From Minisyncoccota bacterium (lineage in GTDB: Bacteria > Patescibacteriota > Minisyncoccia > JAHIHE01 > JAGLIN01), in assembly GCA_041661265.1 (NCBI GenBank), contig JBAZUT010000002.1, positions 12,316 to 76,315 of the forward strand: a DNA stretch of 64,000 nt. The letters run 5' to 3'. The notes beneath the pieces are model-generated. The model saw nothing but the letters and a program-made list of their open reading frames with translations, was not told the DNA's origin and did not search any database. This document shows positions 31,497 to 41,809 of the stretch, piece after piece. Every line of letters starts with the position of its first letter. The first letter of the stretch is position 1. The position numbers were made by a program, and so were the translations under genes.

Positions 31497-32024
31497 ATGG
31501 ACGACTATGTGAAATTAGCCAAGAATGCCATAGAAACACACATAAGAACCGGAAAGATAATTGAAGTGCCCAAGGGCCTGCCGGAAGAGTTTTATAATGT
31601 GCAAAAGGGAGTATTTGTCACGATATATACGAAAAAAGACAACGGAAAAGAACTGCGCGGCTGCATAGGCACCTTCCGGCCGACAAAAGACTGCGTTGCG
31701 CAAGAGATCATCGATAACGCCATTTCCTCGGCCATACACGACTACAGGTTCAGCCGGATATCCGCGGACGAACTTTCGGATCTTGAATATGAAATCAGTC
31801 TTCTAAACCCTCCGGAAGCGATCGACTCGACCAAACGCCTTGATCCGATTAAATATGGCGTGATTGTAAAAAGCAAAGACGGAAGGACAGGACTTCTTCT
31901 CCCGGATATAGACGGCGTCGAAACCCCCGAACATCAGATCTCCATCGCCTGCCAAAAAGCAGGAATTGATCCGGGATCAGAAAAGATACACTTATACAGA
32001 TTTACAGTTGAAAAACATAAATAG
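31497..32024 (+). CDS. AMMECR1-domain protein (AmmeMemoRadiSam protein A)
   Basis: GVFVT, LRGCIGT, DYRF, GLLLP. Confidence 0.92.
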   Translation: MDDYVKLAKNAIETHIRTGKIIEVPKGLPEEFYNVQKGVFVTIYTKKDNGKELRGCIGTFRPTKDCVAQEIIDNAISSAIHDYRFSRISADELSDLEYEISLLNPPEAIDSTKRLDPIKYGVIVKSKDGRTGLLLPDIDGVETPEHQISIACQKAGIDPGSEKIHLYRFTVEKHK

Positions 32025-32056
32025 TAAATTTGATATTGAATATTGGATATTAAATC

Positions 32057-32210
32057 TAGGACTTACGCGTTTGCTTCTTTTTGTCATTCTGAATGAAGCG
32101 AAGCGTAATGAAGAATCCCGTTGAATAGCAATATTCTTTTTAATGGACGAGATCCTTCGACTGCGCCCTGCTGGGCTTCGCTCAGGATGACATCAAACGC
32201 GTAAGTCCTA
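32057..32210. mobile_element. MITE-like 154-bp element
   Basis: Perfect 17-bp TIR TAGGACTTACGCGTTTG / CAAACGCGTAAGTCCTA enclosing GTCATTCTGA...TCAGGATGAC REP-like arms. Confidence 0.75.
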
Positions 32211-32254
32211 AAATCTTAATATTCAATTTCCAATATCCAATATTTTATATTCGC

Positions 32255-34234
32255 ATGAAAGACAAAATTATAATCGCAGATGTCATTCCAGCCGCCAAAT
32301 TGCCGAAAGAAGTTTCGCAATTTTTTAGCTATGCGGTTCCCGCAGAGTTTGAAGGAAGGATCAAAAAAGGCTCGATCGTCAAAATACCCTTGCGCAAGAA
32401 AAATATCGCCGGGGTTGTTTTTGATCTTCACAAGAAAGATGCAACGGAGATAAAATATGCGTTAAAGGATATAAGCGGATTTTTCGAAGATTGCTCCGAG
32501 CTTCCGCCTCAGCTTATCGAGCTTTCGGAATATGTTTCATCATATTATCACTCGCCTATCAGCCTCATCATAAAAACGATACTTCCCGAAACCACGAAGA
32601 ACAAGTCCCGGAAAGATGTGCATCTGAACGGAAACGTGCACATAGATGGAATACCGGAGGATAAACTGAAAGGGATACCTTCCGATTTGAAATCCAAAAA
32701 CCTGCTGATCCATGATCAAGGCTCCGGACGGCATCGCCTGTACTTGGAGATCATAAGGAAGCTCAGGACGGAAAACGGACAAGCCCTTCTTCTGTTTCCT
32801 GAATATTTCGACATATATAATTTCTCTTCGTTCTATATAAACGCTCTTGGAAGGGAGAATGTTTCCATTCTCACAAGCGACATCACCGAAAATCTGTATT
32901 ATCAGGAATGGAAAAAGGTCATGGACGGCAAAGCGAAGCTCGTGATAGGAACGCGCCAGGCGGTTTTCGCGCCATTCAAAGACCTGCGCCTCGTGATCGC
33001 AGACAGCGAACACAGCTCAAGCTACAAGCAATGGGACATGAATCCGAGATACAATGCGACGAATGTTTGTGATAAGCTTTCCTCGATCTGGAACGCAACT
33101 CTCGTGCTTTCCTCCCCGTCGCCTTCAATCGAAACTTTTTATAAAACAAAGAATGGAAACCTTGCCGCAATAAATATCGCGGAAAATTCTCCTGAAAAAC
33201 AATACACTATCATCGACATGAAAATGGAACGTGAAAGAAAGAACTTTTCCGTTTTTTCGGAAAAATTGAAAGAGGATCTTTTGGACGCGATCTACAAGAG
33301 AAAACAGGCAGTGATATTCATACCGAAGTTGGGCCTTAATACGGTCACAAAATGCAAAGACTGCGAATATATGGCGCACTGCGAAGATTGCAAGACCCTT
33401 CTCTTGTCTTTCAAGGACAATCTCTATTGCTCGCACTGCAAGAAAAAATTCGACCTCATGAAGAAGTGCCCGAAATGCGGAGGTCAGAACATTTCATCTT
33501 TCGGCTATGCGATCGAAACGGTTGAAAAAGAGATCAGAAGCATGTTCTCGGATAAGAACATAAAGATATCCCGCCTCGACAGCACCACCGCGGAAAACAG
33601 ATCGCGGCAGAAAAAGATCTATGAAGATTTTACAGAGGGTAAGATCGAAATTCTCATCGGTACTCAAATGGCGATCAAGAATTGGAATCTTGAGAATCTC
33701 TCCCTTGTTGCGATCCTGTTTCCCGAGATCTTCTTCAATCAGCCGGACTTCAGATCGCGAGAAAGGTCCTTTCAATTCCTTTTGGGCCTGAAGAACGAAG
33801 CAAGCGCATCGCGCCAGATCGTCATCCAGACATTCAATAAGGAAAACGACGCATTCCTGACGCTAGAGGGCGATAACATTATGGATTTCTATGAAAAAGA
33901 ACTTCAATTCAGAAAAAGCGCATCGAAGATCGGATATCCCCCATTTTCAAGTCTTATAAAGCTCATATACAAAAATGAGGACAGGATCAGATGCAAAAAA
34001 GAAGCTTCGGAGCTTTTTGATTTGATCTATAAAAAAATAAACTCCGAAAAAGAGCTCAGCGATAATTTTGAAATCATCAGGCCTTATCCTGCGCAAAGCT
34101 TCAGAGAGCATGGCAAATTCAAATATTATATAGTGATAAAATGCGCTTCAGGCGACATCGCGAAAAGAGATATCGTTCTCAATGAAGTAAAAAAAGACTG
34201 GATCATTGATATTGATCCAGATAGCTTGCTATGA
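32255..34234 (+). CDS. priA: Primosomal protein N' (divergent)
   Basis: FSYAVP, GTRQAVFAP, YKQWDMNPRY, four CxxC, ILIGTQ, PDFRSRE, YPPF, IDIDP. Walker motifs are degenerate. Confidence 0.88.
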   Translation: MKDKIIIADVIPAAKLPKEVSQFFSYAVPAEFEGRIKKGSIVKIPLRKKNIAGVVFDLHKKDATEIKYALKDISGFFEDCSELPPQLIELSEYVSSYYHSPISLIIKTILPETTKNKSRKDVHLNGNVHIDGIPEDKLKGIPSDLKSKNLLIHDQGSGRHRLYLEIIRKLRTENGQALLLFPEYFDIYNFSSFYINALGRENVSILTSDITENLYYQEWKKVMDGKAKLVIGTRQAVFAPFKDLRLVIADSEHSSSYKQWDMNPRYNATNVCDKLSSIWNATLVLSSPSPSIETFYKTKNGNLAAINIAENSPEKQYTIIDMKMERERKNFSVFSEKLKEDLLDAIYKRKQAVIFIPKLGLNTVTKCKDCEYMAHCEDCKTLLLSFKDNLYCSHCKKKFDLMKKCPKCGGQNISSFGYAIETVEKEIRSMFSDKNIKISRLDSTTAENRSRQKKIYEDFTEGKIEILIGTQMAIKNWNLENLSLVAILFPEIFFNQPDFRSRERSFQFLLGLKNEASASRQIVIQTFNKENDAFLTLEGDNIMDFYEKELQFRKSASKIGYPPFSSLIKLIYKNEDRIRCKKEASELFDLIYKKINSEKELSDNFEIIRPYPAQSFREHGKFKYYIVIKCASGDIAKRDIVLNEVKKDWIIDIDPDSLL

Positions 34235-34386
34235 ATCGCGATGCGATTCCTTTTTATTTTTTATAAAAATTCCGATCGCAGACAATGCCAGCGCCGCTGC
34301 GATGAATTCATAAGGAAATGGATTCATCGTAAGCATCGATGCGGCAAAAAATGCCAGTGCCGTCAGATACAGCCTCTTCTTCAGCG

Positions 34387-35184
34387 TCATTGGCCGCCTT
34401 CCTGGCCGGGAATATTCAGATCCTGATTCGAAGCATAGTTCATATAAACGTGAACATGCGATTTCCTGACCCTGTCGCTTGTCCGAAGATTCGAAAGCAA
34501 TTCAAAATGCTTGTAAAATCTCTCATATCCTGGATAAAAAAAGAAGGTGTCCAAATATCTTACGATATTTTCTTTTTTTATGTTGAAATCTTTCATGAGA
34601 TCATTCGGAATTATCGGTTCATCGTTTTCTTTCAGTCTTGCTATTTTTCCAAGATCTACCCCTGAGACTGCGTCTCTTCCGCTGAATATCGAAACCATCG
34701 AGAACATATCGATTATATCGATCTTATAGCCATTCGTGAATTCCCGCTTGTTGTCCAATATCCAGTCGAGTTTTCTCAGCACTTCCATCGGAGTAAAATC
34801 GCCTGCGAAAACTTTGTTGTGGTTTTGATGCATGAAATTGGGCATTGAGATCACGAGATCGAAATCCATTTCGACCGAAACGCTTTTCAGCTTGTTTATT
34901 TGCGATTTATCACGCCCGTTCTTTATATAGATCTTCACTTGCGAAGACAAGGTTTGCGGAACGAAATGATGGCATCCTGTCCTTTCGAGGCTGATCCCGA
35001 CCTTTTGAAGCTTTTCGATATGCTTCAATGAAACGACATAGTACTTGATGTCTATATCATCCCTTTTTTCGACGTAATGTTCAATTTTTTCCGCCATTTC
35101 GGATCTGTTTCTGGAAACTATGATACACGCATAAAGGCGGTATCCATTTCTTGTAGAATTACCCTTTCCGTTTTCTTTCTTCAA
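34387..35184 (-). CDS. Hypothetical protein
   Basis: 265-aa ORF, TTG start after AGGAGG. Confidence 0.6.
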   Translation of the reverse strand: MKKENGKGNSTRNGYRLYACIIVSRNRSEMAEKIEHYVEKRDDIDIKYYVVSLKHIEKLQKVGISLERTGCHHFVPQTLSSQVKIYIKNGRDKSQINKLKSVSVEMDFDLVISMPNFMHQNHNKVFAGDFTPMEVLRKLDWILDNKREFTNGYKIDIIDMFSMVSIFSGRDAVSGVDLGKIARLKENDEPIIPNDLMKDFNIKKENIVRYLDTFFFYPGYERFYKHFELLSNLRTSDRVRKSHVHVYMNYASNQDLNIPGQEGGQ

Positions 35185-35358
35185 GCAATTGCCTCCTTAA
35201 TGTATATTTTAAAAGAACAGGAAACATCCTCCTTGTTCTTTTGTTTTCTGATAATAAAAACTTTTTTGTTTTATGTTTATATTCTACCATTAGATATGAA
35301 AAAGTCAAAACCGGCCGGAAATATCCGGCCGGCGCTTTGCGAGTTTGCATGAAACGTT

Positions 35359-36462
35359 CTATCTTTCCCTTTTTCCCGCAATAAATTCTTCCAGCATCTC
35401 TCTGGCTTTCGCATCGGTGTATTGTTTGTAGGGAAATTTCATGAAATATGCACTGGCGGATTCCAGGACTCCGCCCACGCCCCTGTCCAATGCCAGCTTT
35501 GCGCACCTTATGGCATCAACAGCCACTCCGGTCGCGACAGACTTGTCTTCAACGTCCAGCTTCACATCAAGGAAGATCGGAACTTCTCCGAACGACCTTC
35601 CCTCGATCCTGATATTTGCGATCTTCCTGCTCTTCAGCCATGGCACATAATCGCTGGGGCCGATATGGATATTATCGTCTTCCAGCCTCTCCGACATCTG
35701 ACTCTGCACGGTCTCGGTTTTGCTGATCCTTTTGAACTTGAGCCTTGAATGTTCCAGCAGATTCAGGAAGTCGGTATTTCCTCCGAAGTTCAGCTGATAC
35801 ATTCTGTCCACTTTGCCTCCCCTTTCCTTGAAAAGATTCGCAAGCACTCTGCTAAGAATGGATGCGCCAAGCTGGCCCTTGTTGTCGTCTCCCATGATCG
35901 GAAGCCCCGCATCCTCGAATTTCTTGATCCAGCCGTCATCGGACGCTATGAATTCCGGAATAAAATTAATAAAAGCGCACTTGGCTTTTATGGCTGATTC
36001 CGCATAGAATCTTGATGCCTGAAAGCTTCCCACGGGAAGATAATTCAGGAGAATATCCACGTTGGCCTTTTTCAATTCCGACACTACATCGACATCTTTT
36101 TCTTTGGACACTTCAACCTTCGTTCCGAGATATTCGCCAATCCCGTCCAGCACGGGCGCTTTCTGCACCCTTATTCCCATCTCTTTGACATTCGCAATCC
36201 TGACGGTGTTTGTCGTATTCGGATCAAAGATGGCCCTGGACACATCCTTTCCGACCTTGTCCTTGTTTACGTCGAAAGCCGCCACGACCTTGATGTCGGA
36301 AATTTTATATCCGCCCAGATCAGGATGCATCAATCCGATATTTTTTTTCTTCTCTCTATAAAACTCAATGCCCTGAACGAGCATTGACGCGCAATTCCCC
36401 ACCCCGGCTATTGCGATCCTGATCTCTCTTTTGTCTTTCTGTTTTTTTGTTTTTGTTTTCAT
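35359..36462 (-). CDS. ino1: Myo-inositol-1-phosphate synthase
   Basis: IAGVGNCAS, NYLPVGS, GDDNKGQLGA, YQLNFGGNTDFLNL, HIGPSDYVPWL. Confidence 0.93.
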   Translation of the reverse strand: MKTKTKKQKDKREIRIAIAGVGNCASMLVQGIEFYREKKKNIGLMHPDLGGYKISDIKVVAAFDVNKDKVGKDVSRAIFDPNTTNTVRIANVKEMGIRVQKAPVLDGIGEYLGTKVEVSKEKDVDVVSELKKANVDILLNYLPVGSFQASRFYAESAIKAKCAFINFIPEFIASDDGWIKKFEDAGLPIMGDDNKGQLGASILSRVLANLFKERGGKVDRMYQLNFGGNTDFLNLLEHSRLKFKRISKTETVQSQMSERLEDDNIHIGPSDYVPWLKSRKIANIRIEGRSFGEVPIFLDVKLDVEDKSVATGVAVDAIRCAKLALDRGVGGVLESASAYFMKFPYKQYTDAKAREMLEEFIAGKRER

Positions 36463-36565
36463 ATTATTTTATATAAAATATTGATTAGCCGCTGGAATAA
36501 TTATACATCAAAGTAATTTATGGAACAAACGGATCACTTATGCACAGCCAATTTCATAAAATGTA

Positions 36566-36611
36566 TTGACTATATATTATTTTTCAGTAAAATGATGAAA
36601 GCACCTTAAAT
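36566..36611 (+). promoter_or_regulatory. sigma70-like promoter followed by a boxA-like motif
   Basis: TTGACT-16-TAAAAT, then GCACCTTAAAT. Confidence 0.5.
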
Positions 36612-36670
36612 CGGCTTTACAAAATTAAAGCATTTTCGGTGTCAGAAAAGATACAAAAAGAGGAAATAAC

Positions 36671-36841
36671 ATGGCAAGAAATTTTACAGACGAAGAAGAA
36701 ACAGATAGACAAAAGAGAAACATATTTAGGTGTGCTCTATCGCACATCAGTGCGATCATTGTCGCGGCTGATGGTACGATGGGAGCTTTTATACACAAAG
36801 CATTCACTGGAAACAGTAATCCACCGCTGTATATTTCCTAA
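36671..36841 (+). CDS. Small hypothetical protein (56 aa)
   Basis: MARNFTDEEE... with a GAGGA RBS and the upstream promoter; below the ORF-track cutoff. Confidence 0.4.
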   Translation: MARNFTDEEETDRQKRNIFRCALSHISAIIVAADGTMGAFIHKAFTGNSNPPLYIS

Positions 36842-37132
36842 AGTGCGATATCTTTTCGGGAGGGGTCCAAAAAGACCTCCTCCTCAACTATTTTTTTTAT
36901 CAACGGCATGCGCTGTTTTTTTTGTTCGCCTTTGCCGGATAGTTCAGACATAAATACGGATGATATAAACAAAAGAAATAGCCCCGCAATGCCTCGGCTG
37001 AACAAGACGGGTTCGGGAAGAATTCCGCCGAGGCACCGCGAATGAACTCGCGGTGTTTCATTCATGAAAGAAATATTGCTTATTGATTGATAATAAGATA
37101 GTATTAAAAAGAACTAAATATATACACAAACT

Positions 37133-38353
37133 ATGAGAATCACGTCTTTATTATTCGCATTTCTGACCGTCTTCTCGCTTTTTATCGGAAACGGCGCCTC
37201 GGCCCAGCAAACCCCTGAGGCGCAAAAAACGCGGGTTGTATATTTTTATTCCGTCGATTGCCCGAAATGCCAGATCATAAAACCTTTCCTTGAGCAGGTC
37301 AAGAAAGATTATGCCGGCAGAATCGAGTTCCTTGAACATGACGTAAAGGAAAAAGAGGAATGCAGACAGCTTTTCTATAATTTCATACAAAAATATAACG
37401 TCCCGGATAAAGAAGCGGGAACCCCTATTGTTTTTGTCGGAAATAAATATTTCGCAGGACCTTCGGATATCGAAAATGGCCTTAATAACAAATTAGAGGA
37501 AGTGCTCAACAGTAAAGAAGATCTGCTTTTTGACTGCCATGAATTTCTGGACAAATGGCCGAATGTCCAGAAAATAGATTTTCTGGGCGGCGGCGGAGGC
37601 GGAGAAGTCTGCGGGATCGATTCTGAATTCTGCCCTATACAAAATAACGGCGCTCAGAAAAAAGTATCCCTGGCCATGATCGTCACGACCGCCGCAATAG
37701 ACTCGATCAATCCTTGCGCCATTGCCGTGCTTATTTTCTTGATTACCATTCTTGTCTCACTAAAAGCGACAAAAAAACGCATGGTCGTGATAGGTCTTTT
37801 CTATATAGGAGCAGTTTTTGTGACATACTATCTTGCGGGACTTGGAATAATGAGGATAATAACCCAGTTCAGCATTGCAAAAGAGATCGGTACTATTGCC
37901 GGATTGATCGTGCTCTTTGCAGGCTTTCTTGAAATAAAAGAAGGGCTGTTCCCCGCCGGAAAACAGCTCCTTCGCATTCCGGAAAACACAAAACCTATCT
38001 TCTCAAAGTTCCTGAAAAAAGGCACGATACCGTCAGTGATCATTGCCGGGATCCTGGTTTCGGCCTTCGAGCTGCCATGTACCGGCCAGGTCTATCTTGC
38101 GATCCTAAGCATGCTGAGCGGCGAAGAACTTCAGGCGCAAGGCTATTTCTATCTCTTTATCTATAATCTGATCTTCGTCCTCCCGCTCCTGGTCATCCTG
38201 CTTATTGCCGCCTGGGGTTTTGACATCAAAAAAATGGACAGCATGAGAAAGAACACCAGAATGCATATAAAACTTGCCATGGGAATTATCATGATAGTTT
38301 TGGGATTATTCCTGCTCTTCCAGGACAAGTTCTATTCCATGCTCGGGATATGA
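37133..38353 (+). CDS. Thioredoxin/glutaredoxin domain fused to a CcdA/DsbD-like TM domain
   Basis: Signal peptide, CPKC, DSINPCAIAV, FELPCTGQVY. Confidence 0.85.
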   Translation: MRITSLLFAFLTVFSLFIGNGASAQQTPEAQKTRVVYFYSVDCPKCQIIKPFLEQVKKDYAGRIEFLEHDVKEKEECRQLFYNFIQKYNVPDKEAGTPIVFVGNKYFAGPSDIENGLNNKLEEVLNSKEDLLFDCHEFLDKWPNVQKIDFLGGGGGGEVCGIDSEFCPIQNNGAQKKVSLAMIVTTAAIDSINPCAIAVLIFLITILVSLKATKKRMVVIGLFYIGAVFVTYYLAGLGIMRIITQFSIAKEIGTIAGLIVLFAGFLEIKEGLFPAGKQLLRIPENTKPIFSKFLKKGTIPSVIIAGILVSAFELPCTGQVYLAILSMLSGEELQAQGYFYLFIYNLIFVLPLLVILLIAAWGFDIKKMDSMRKNTRMHIKLAMGIIMIVLGLFLLFQDKFYSMLGI

Positions 38354-38366
38354 AAAAAAAGAGAAA

Positions 38367-38774
38367 TCAGCAGATCGCGTTTCTCTTCGGGTTCGTCCAT
38401 ATGGCGAAGTATGTGGTAATGATATACGACGCTGGAACTGCAAATAATATAGGCCATACTAACATCAAAACAGATGCAAAATCTCTCGCATAAAAAGCTG
38501 TCAGTATGCCTATAAGCGAAATTGCAAAAGTCATTGAGTTTATGGAATTCAATCCGCACAGACAGTGTTTCACAGCTGCAACGAATGTCTGTATAAGCAG
38601 AAACACAGTCGCGATAGCGAAAAACATCATTGCCATCGATATCGTTATCGTTTCAAAGCCCGCATTATATGCAAATCCGACAATAACATATGTTATTGCA
38701 AGCAGTATTGCAAAATATTTGGCCAGTCCATACTTCGATTCAAAAAACAATTTGATTTCTTGTATTTTACTCAT
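38367..38774 (-). CDS. Hypothetical membrane protein
   Basis: Four TM segments. Confidence 0.6.
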   Translation of the reverse strand: MSKIQEIKLFFESKYGLAKYFAILLAITYVIVGFAYNAGFETITISMAMMFFAIATVFLLIQTFVAAVKHCLCGLNSINSMTFAISLIGILTAFYARDFASVLMLVWPILFAVPASYIITTYFAIWTNPKRNAIC

Positions 38775-38867
38775 TTTATCCCTCTCTCGGATTCATATAC
38801 TAACCAAGCTGTATTTTAAGCTTAGCAAAACATAGTATCACATATTCACACAATTGTCAACAGATAA

Positions 38868-39278
38868 TTATTTTATGCATGCCGAGTGCGGAGAAAATCC
38901 CCCGCCCTCAGCCTCCTCTTTCGAAGAAAACCAGACTTTATTTTCTTCCTTTATTTTCAAGGCGGAGCTGCAGCTTGGAACGTGGAATATTTTGCTGTTT
39001 TTGCTTGCTACATAGGCCTTGACCTTGTTTTGGGACGATGTTACAGTACTATCCGGCTTGACGCTTTCCCCGGAAACAGCTGTCGCATTTTGCACTATTC
39101 CCGCATTGAACAGATCTTCACAATCAGCGCTTGGCTCTTCGACGGAAACTCCTCTCTCGCCGATACGATCCAACAAATAATAGTATCCCGAAAAGAATCC
39201 GAACATGAAAACCATCGCAAAACCGAACAATGAGATGATCGCTTCCCTGTTATTCTTGAAATATTCGGAGATGTCCAT
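38868..39278 (-). CDS. Membrane-anchored protein with an Ada-like metal-binding domain
   Basis: VASKNSKIFHVPSC...EEAEGGGFSP. Confidence 0.75.
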   Translation of the reverse strand: MDISEYFKNNREAIISLFGFAMVFMFGFFSGYYYLLDRIGERGVSVEEPSADCEDLFNAGIVQNATAVSGESVKPDSTVTSSQNKVKAYVASKNSKIFHVPSCSSALKIKEENKVWFSSKEEAEGGGFSPHSACIK

Positions 39279-39365
39279 ATTACCTGATTATTACATTTTT
39301 TATTTTTCGGCATCGTCATATCGCCGGATCGGCTTTGAGCAATATAACAATATAACAATCTATCT

Positions 39366-40610
39366 ATGAAATATATATTTTTCCTGGGGCGCATCGGGGA
39401 ACTTTCCTTTGCCGAAATTCATGCTATGTTTTTGAAATATCGGATCCCGTACAAGATCAGCCATCTTTCGAATAAGATACTTATAGCAGATGCGGAAAAT
39501 GCGATCAATGCGCCTGATATGCTCGTGCAGATGGGCGGAACCATCAAGATCTCGGAATATCTGGGAGAATTTGACGATTTTGAAGCTTCGATCGTTTCGA
39601 TAAGGTCCGTCATAGACGCCCTGTTCGAGACGAGAGCCGCCAAAAAGAATATAGGGTATAATATATATTTTAATGCAAGTGCCGAAAAAGATAAAGTTCG
39701 CGCTATAACGGACCGCATAAATGACCATTTTTCCGGCCTGAAGAAAGAGCTTGGCAAAGAATCAAGCATGCGCATAGTATATCCGGACAGAACCGGAGAA
39801 ATAAGCAGCGTCTCCATAATAAAAAATAAACTGCTGGCGAAAGGCGTGCTATTTGATCTCATATTCCTTCCCGATCGGGTCATACTGTCAAAAATTTCCG
39901 CCATACAGGATATCGAAAGCTATTCCCAGCGGGACTACAACCGGCCGAACCGCGACGCAAAAGTTGGAATGACTCCGCCGAAGCTCGCGCAGATCATGAT
40001 CAACCTTGCCGGGCTCAAAGACGGAGACACCGTCTATGATCCGTTCTGCGGAGTCGGAACGATCATGCAGGAAGCCCTCCTCAATGATTATCGCGCCATC
40101 GGCAGCGATGCGAATTCCGCGCAGGTCGAGAATTGCAAAAAGAATCTCGGCTGGATCTCAAAAAAGTATGTCCTCAAATATCCGGATTACAAGATCTTCC
40201 AGTCCGACAGCGCCCATGCTTATAAAAAGTTAAGGGAAAATTCCGTCAATGCGATAATCACCGAGACCACGCTTGGACCGATCTATAACAAAGCGCCTAA
40301 TAATCAGGAAATGAACCAGAATTTCAGGCAGATCGAAAAGATCTATCTCAGATTCTTCCAGAATTCAAAGATGATCCTTCGGAATAAGGCGAGAATCGTA
40401 TTTACGGTGCCGGCCTATCAGATAAAGCCTGATAAATATGTTCTGGCTCCATTTATTGACAATATTGAAAAAATAGGATATTCTATTGTAAGCCTTGCGG
40501 ATAAGAAGTTATTCTCCGCAAGTACAAGGATCACGGACAGAAATACCATCATTTACTCCAGGCCCGACCAGATCGTGGCCAGAGAAATAATCATGTTCGA
40601 AAAGAAATAA
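39366..40610 (+). CDS. Trm11/TrmG10-like RNA methyltransferase
   Basis: GMTPPKLAQIMINL, YDPFCGVGTI, IGSD. Confidence 0.8.
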   Translation: MKYIFFLGRIGELSFAEIHAMFLKYRIPYKISHLSNKILIADAENAINAPDMLVQMGGTIKISEYLGEFDDFEASIVSIRSVIDALFETRAAKKNIGYNIYFNASAEKDKVRAITDRINDHFSGLKKELGKESSMRIVYPDRTGEISSVSIIKNKLLAKGVLFDLIFLPDRVILSKISAIQDIESYSQRDYNRPNRDAKVGMTPPKLAQIMINLAGLKDGDTVYDPFCGVGTIMQEALLNDYRAIGSDANSAQVENCKKNLGWISKKYVLKYPDYKIFQSDSAHAYKKLRENSVNAIITETTLGPIYNKAPNNQEMNQNFRQIEKIYLRFFQNSKMILRNKARIVFTVPAYQIKPDKYVLAPFIDNIEKIGYSIVSLADKKLFSASTRITDRNTIIYSRPDQIVAREIIMFEKK

Positions 40611-40635
40611 CTGACATAATTATAATTTTTAAACC

Positions 40636-40938
40636 ATGGCACATAAGAAAGCGGGCGGTACAGCGTCCAACCTGAAAGACAGCAAGCCAAAGTATTTGGG
40701 CGTAAAGATATTCGGAAATCAGGCTGTAAAAAAAGGTAACATTATCATAAGACAAAGAGGTTTCAAATACAGGCCGGGAAAGGGTGTTCTGCACGGAAAA
40801 GACCACACTATCTTCGCCATAATGGACGGATTTGTGAAATTCACTGAAAAGAAGATCGTGAACTTTGATGGAAACAGAAAAAAGGTCAATTTCGTAAGCG
40901 TTGTGAAAGACAGAGTTTCCACGACCAACAAGAAATAG
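40636..40938 (+). CDS. rpmA: 50S ribosomal protein L27
   Basis: MAHKKAGG...LGVK...IIIRQRG...GKDHTIFA. Confidence 0.97.
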   Translation: MAHKKAGGTASNLKDSKPKYLGVKIFGNQAVKKGNIIIRQRGFKYRPGKGVLHGKDHTIFAIMDGFVKFTEKKIVNFDGNRKKVNFVSVVKDRVSTTNKK

Positions 40939-40956
40939 ATATTGCATCCTCAAGAT

Positions 40957-40981
40957 AAAAACAGGACTTGGTCCTGTTTTT
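40957..40981 (+). terminator. Intrinsic terminator after rpmA
   Basis: AAAACAGGAC-TTG-GTCCTGTTTTT. Confidence 0.7.
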
Positions 40982-41084
40982 CGATGTCAAAATCAAAAAA
41001 ATAGTCTCGAACTTGAGGATCGAGACCTGTTTTATTTTCTGAACTAGAGCTTTTTCGCTTTATTTTTTTTCGGATTTTCAGAGA

Positions 41085-41681
41085 TCATTTGATTATCTCT
41101 TTTGCGACCTCTTGGTCGTATTTTTTCAGCTCCGCATCAAGAACCGCCTTTACCGAAGGATCGAATGTGTTGTTGTGATAGATCATCCTGGCGCCATCAA
41201 TGGTCTCCGACGCAATGATAATGGATGCGGCGAGAAATTTTCCCGCCTTTTCGATCCTCACGGATCTGTTGCTTATGATCTCTTCGAGCTCCGGCCTTTC
41301 CTTCAGCGAGCTCCATCTGACGACCATCCCTCCTTGATAAAGAGAATCTATCTGGGTGACGGCAACCATGGTAGTTCCGTGGGGATTGAATCCCAGTTGA
41401 TATTTGAAATCGTCCAGATAAAGCGCAATTACATATGCCAGCTCGGGCGGATAGCTCAGGAGAAGCATGGCAGTATCCACAAAATGCGCCGGATGATGAT
41501 CCTTGCTCAGCAGCCCCGTCATTGCCGCTATTCTCTTGGCCTCCGTTTCCTTCACGATCTTCAGCTGATTAGACTGTTCGCTGGCCCTGTGAACCGCCTT
41601 ATTTCTGAGCTCCAGGATTTTTTTGTTCAACGGCTCTTTTTTATTGCCGAATATCATATCTTTTATTCCCATTCTTTTCAC
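41085..41681 (-). CDS. Hypothetical protein
   Basis: 198-aa ORF with its own promoter-like and boxA-like upstream motifs. Confidence 0.65.
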   Translation of the reverse strand: MKRMGIKDMIFGNKKEPLNKKILELRNKAVHRASEQSNQLKIVKETEAKRIAAMTGLLSKDHHPAHFVDTAMLLLSYPPELAYVIALYLDDFKYQLGFNPHGTTMVAVTQIDSLYQGGMVVRWSSLKERPELEEIISNRSVRIEKAGKFLAASIIIASETIDGARMIYHNNTFDPSVKAVLDAELKKYDQEVAKEIIK

Positions 41682-41755
41682 CTCTATTGTAAAGAACTTT
41701 TCTTCACTGAAAGTAAACTAGCATAATTTCCATAAAATATCAAACACGCGCGCAT

Positions 41756-41786
41756 AAAAAAATCCCGCTGAATTTTTCAGCAGGAA
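41756..41786 (-). terminator. Intrinsic terminator closing the paralog array
   Basis: Minus strand TCCTGCTGAA-AAA-TTCAGCGGGA followed by T7. Confidence 0.75.
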
Positions 41787-41809
41787 TTGTATGGTATATA
41801 TTTTCCACA

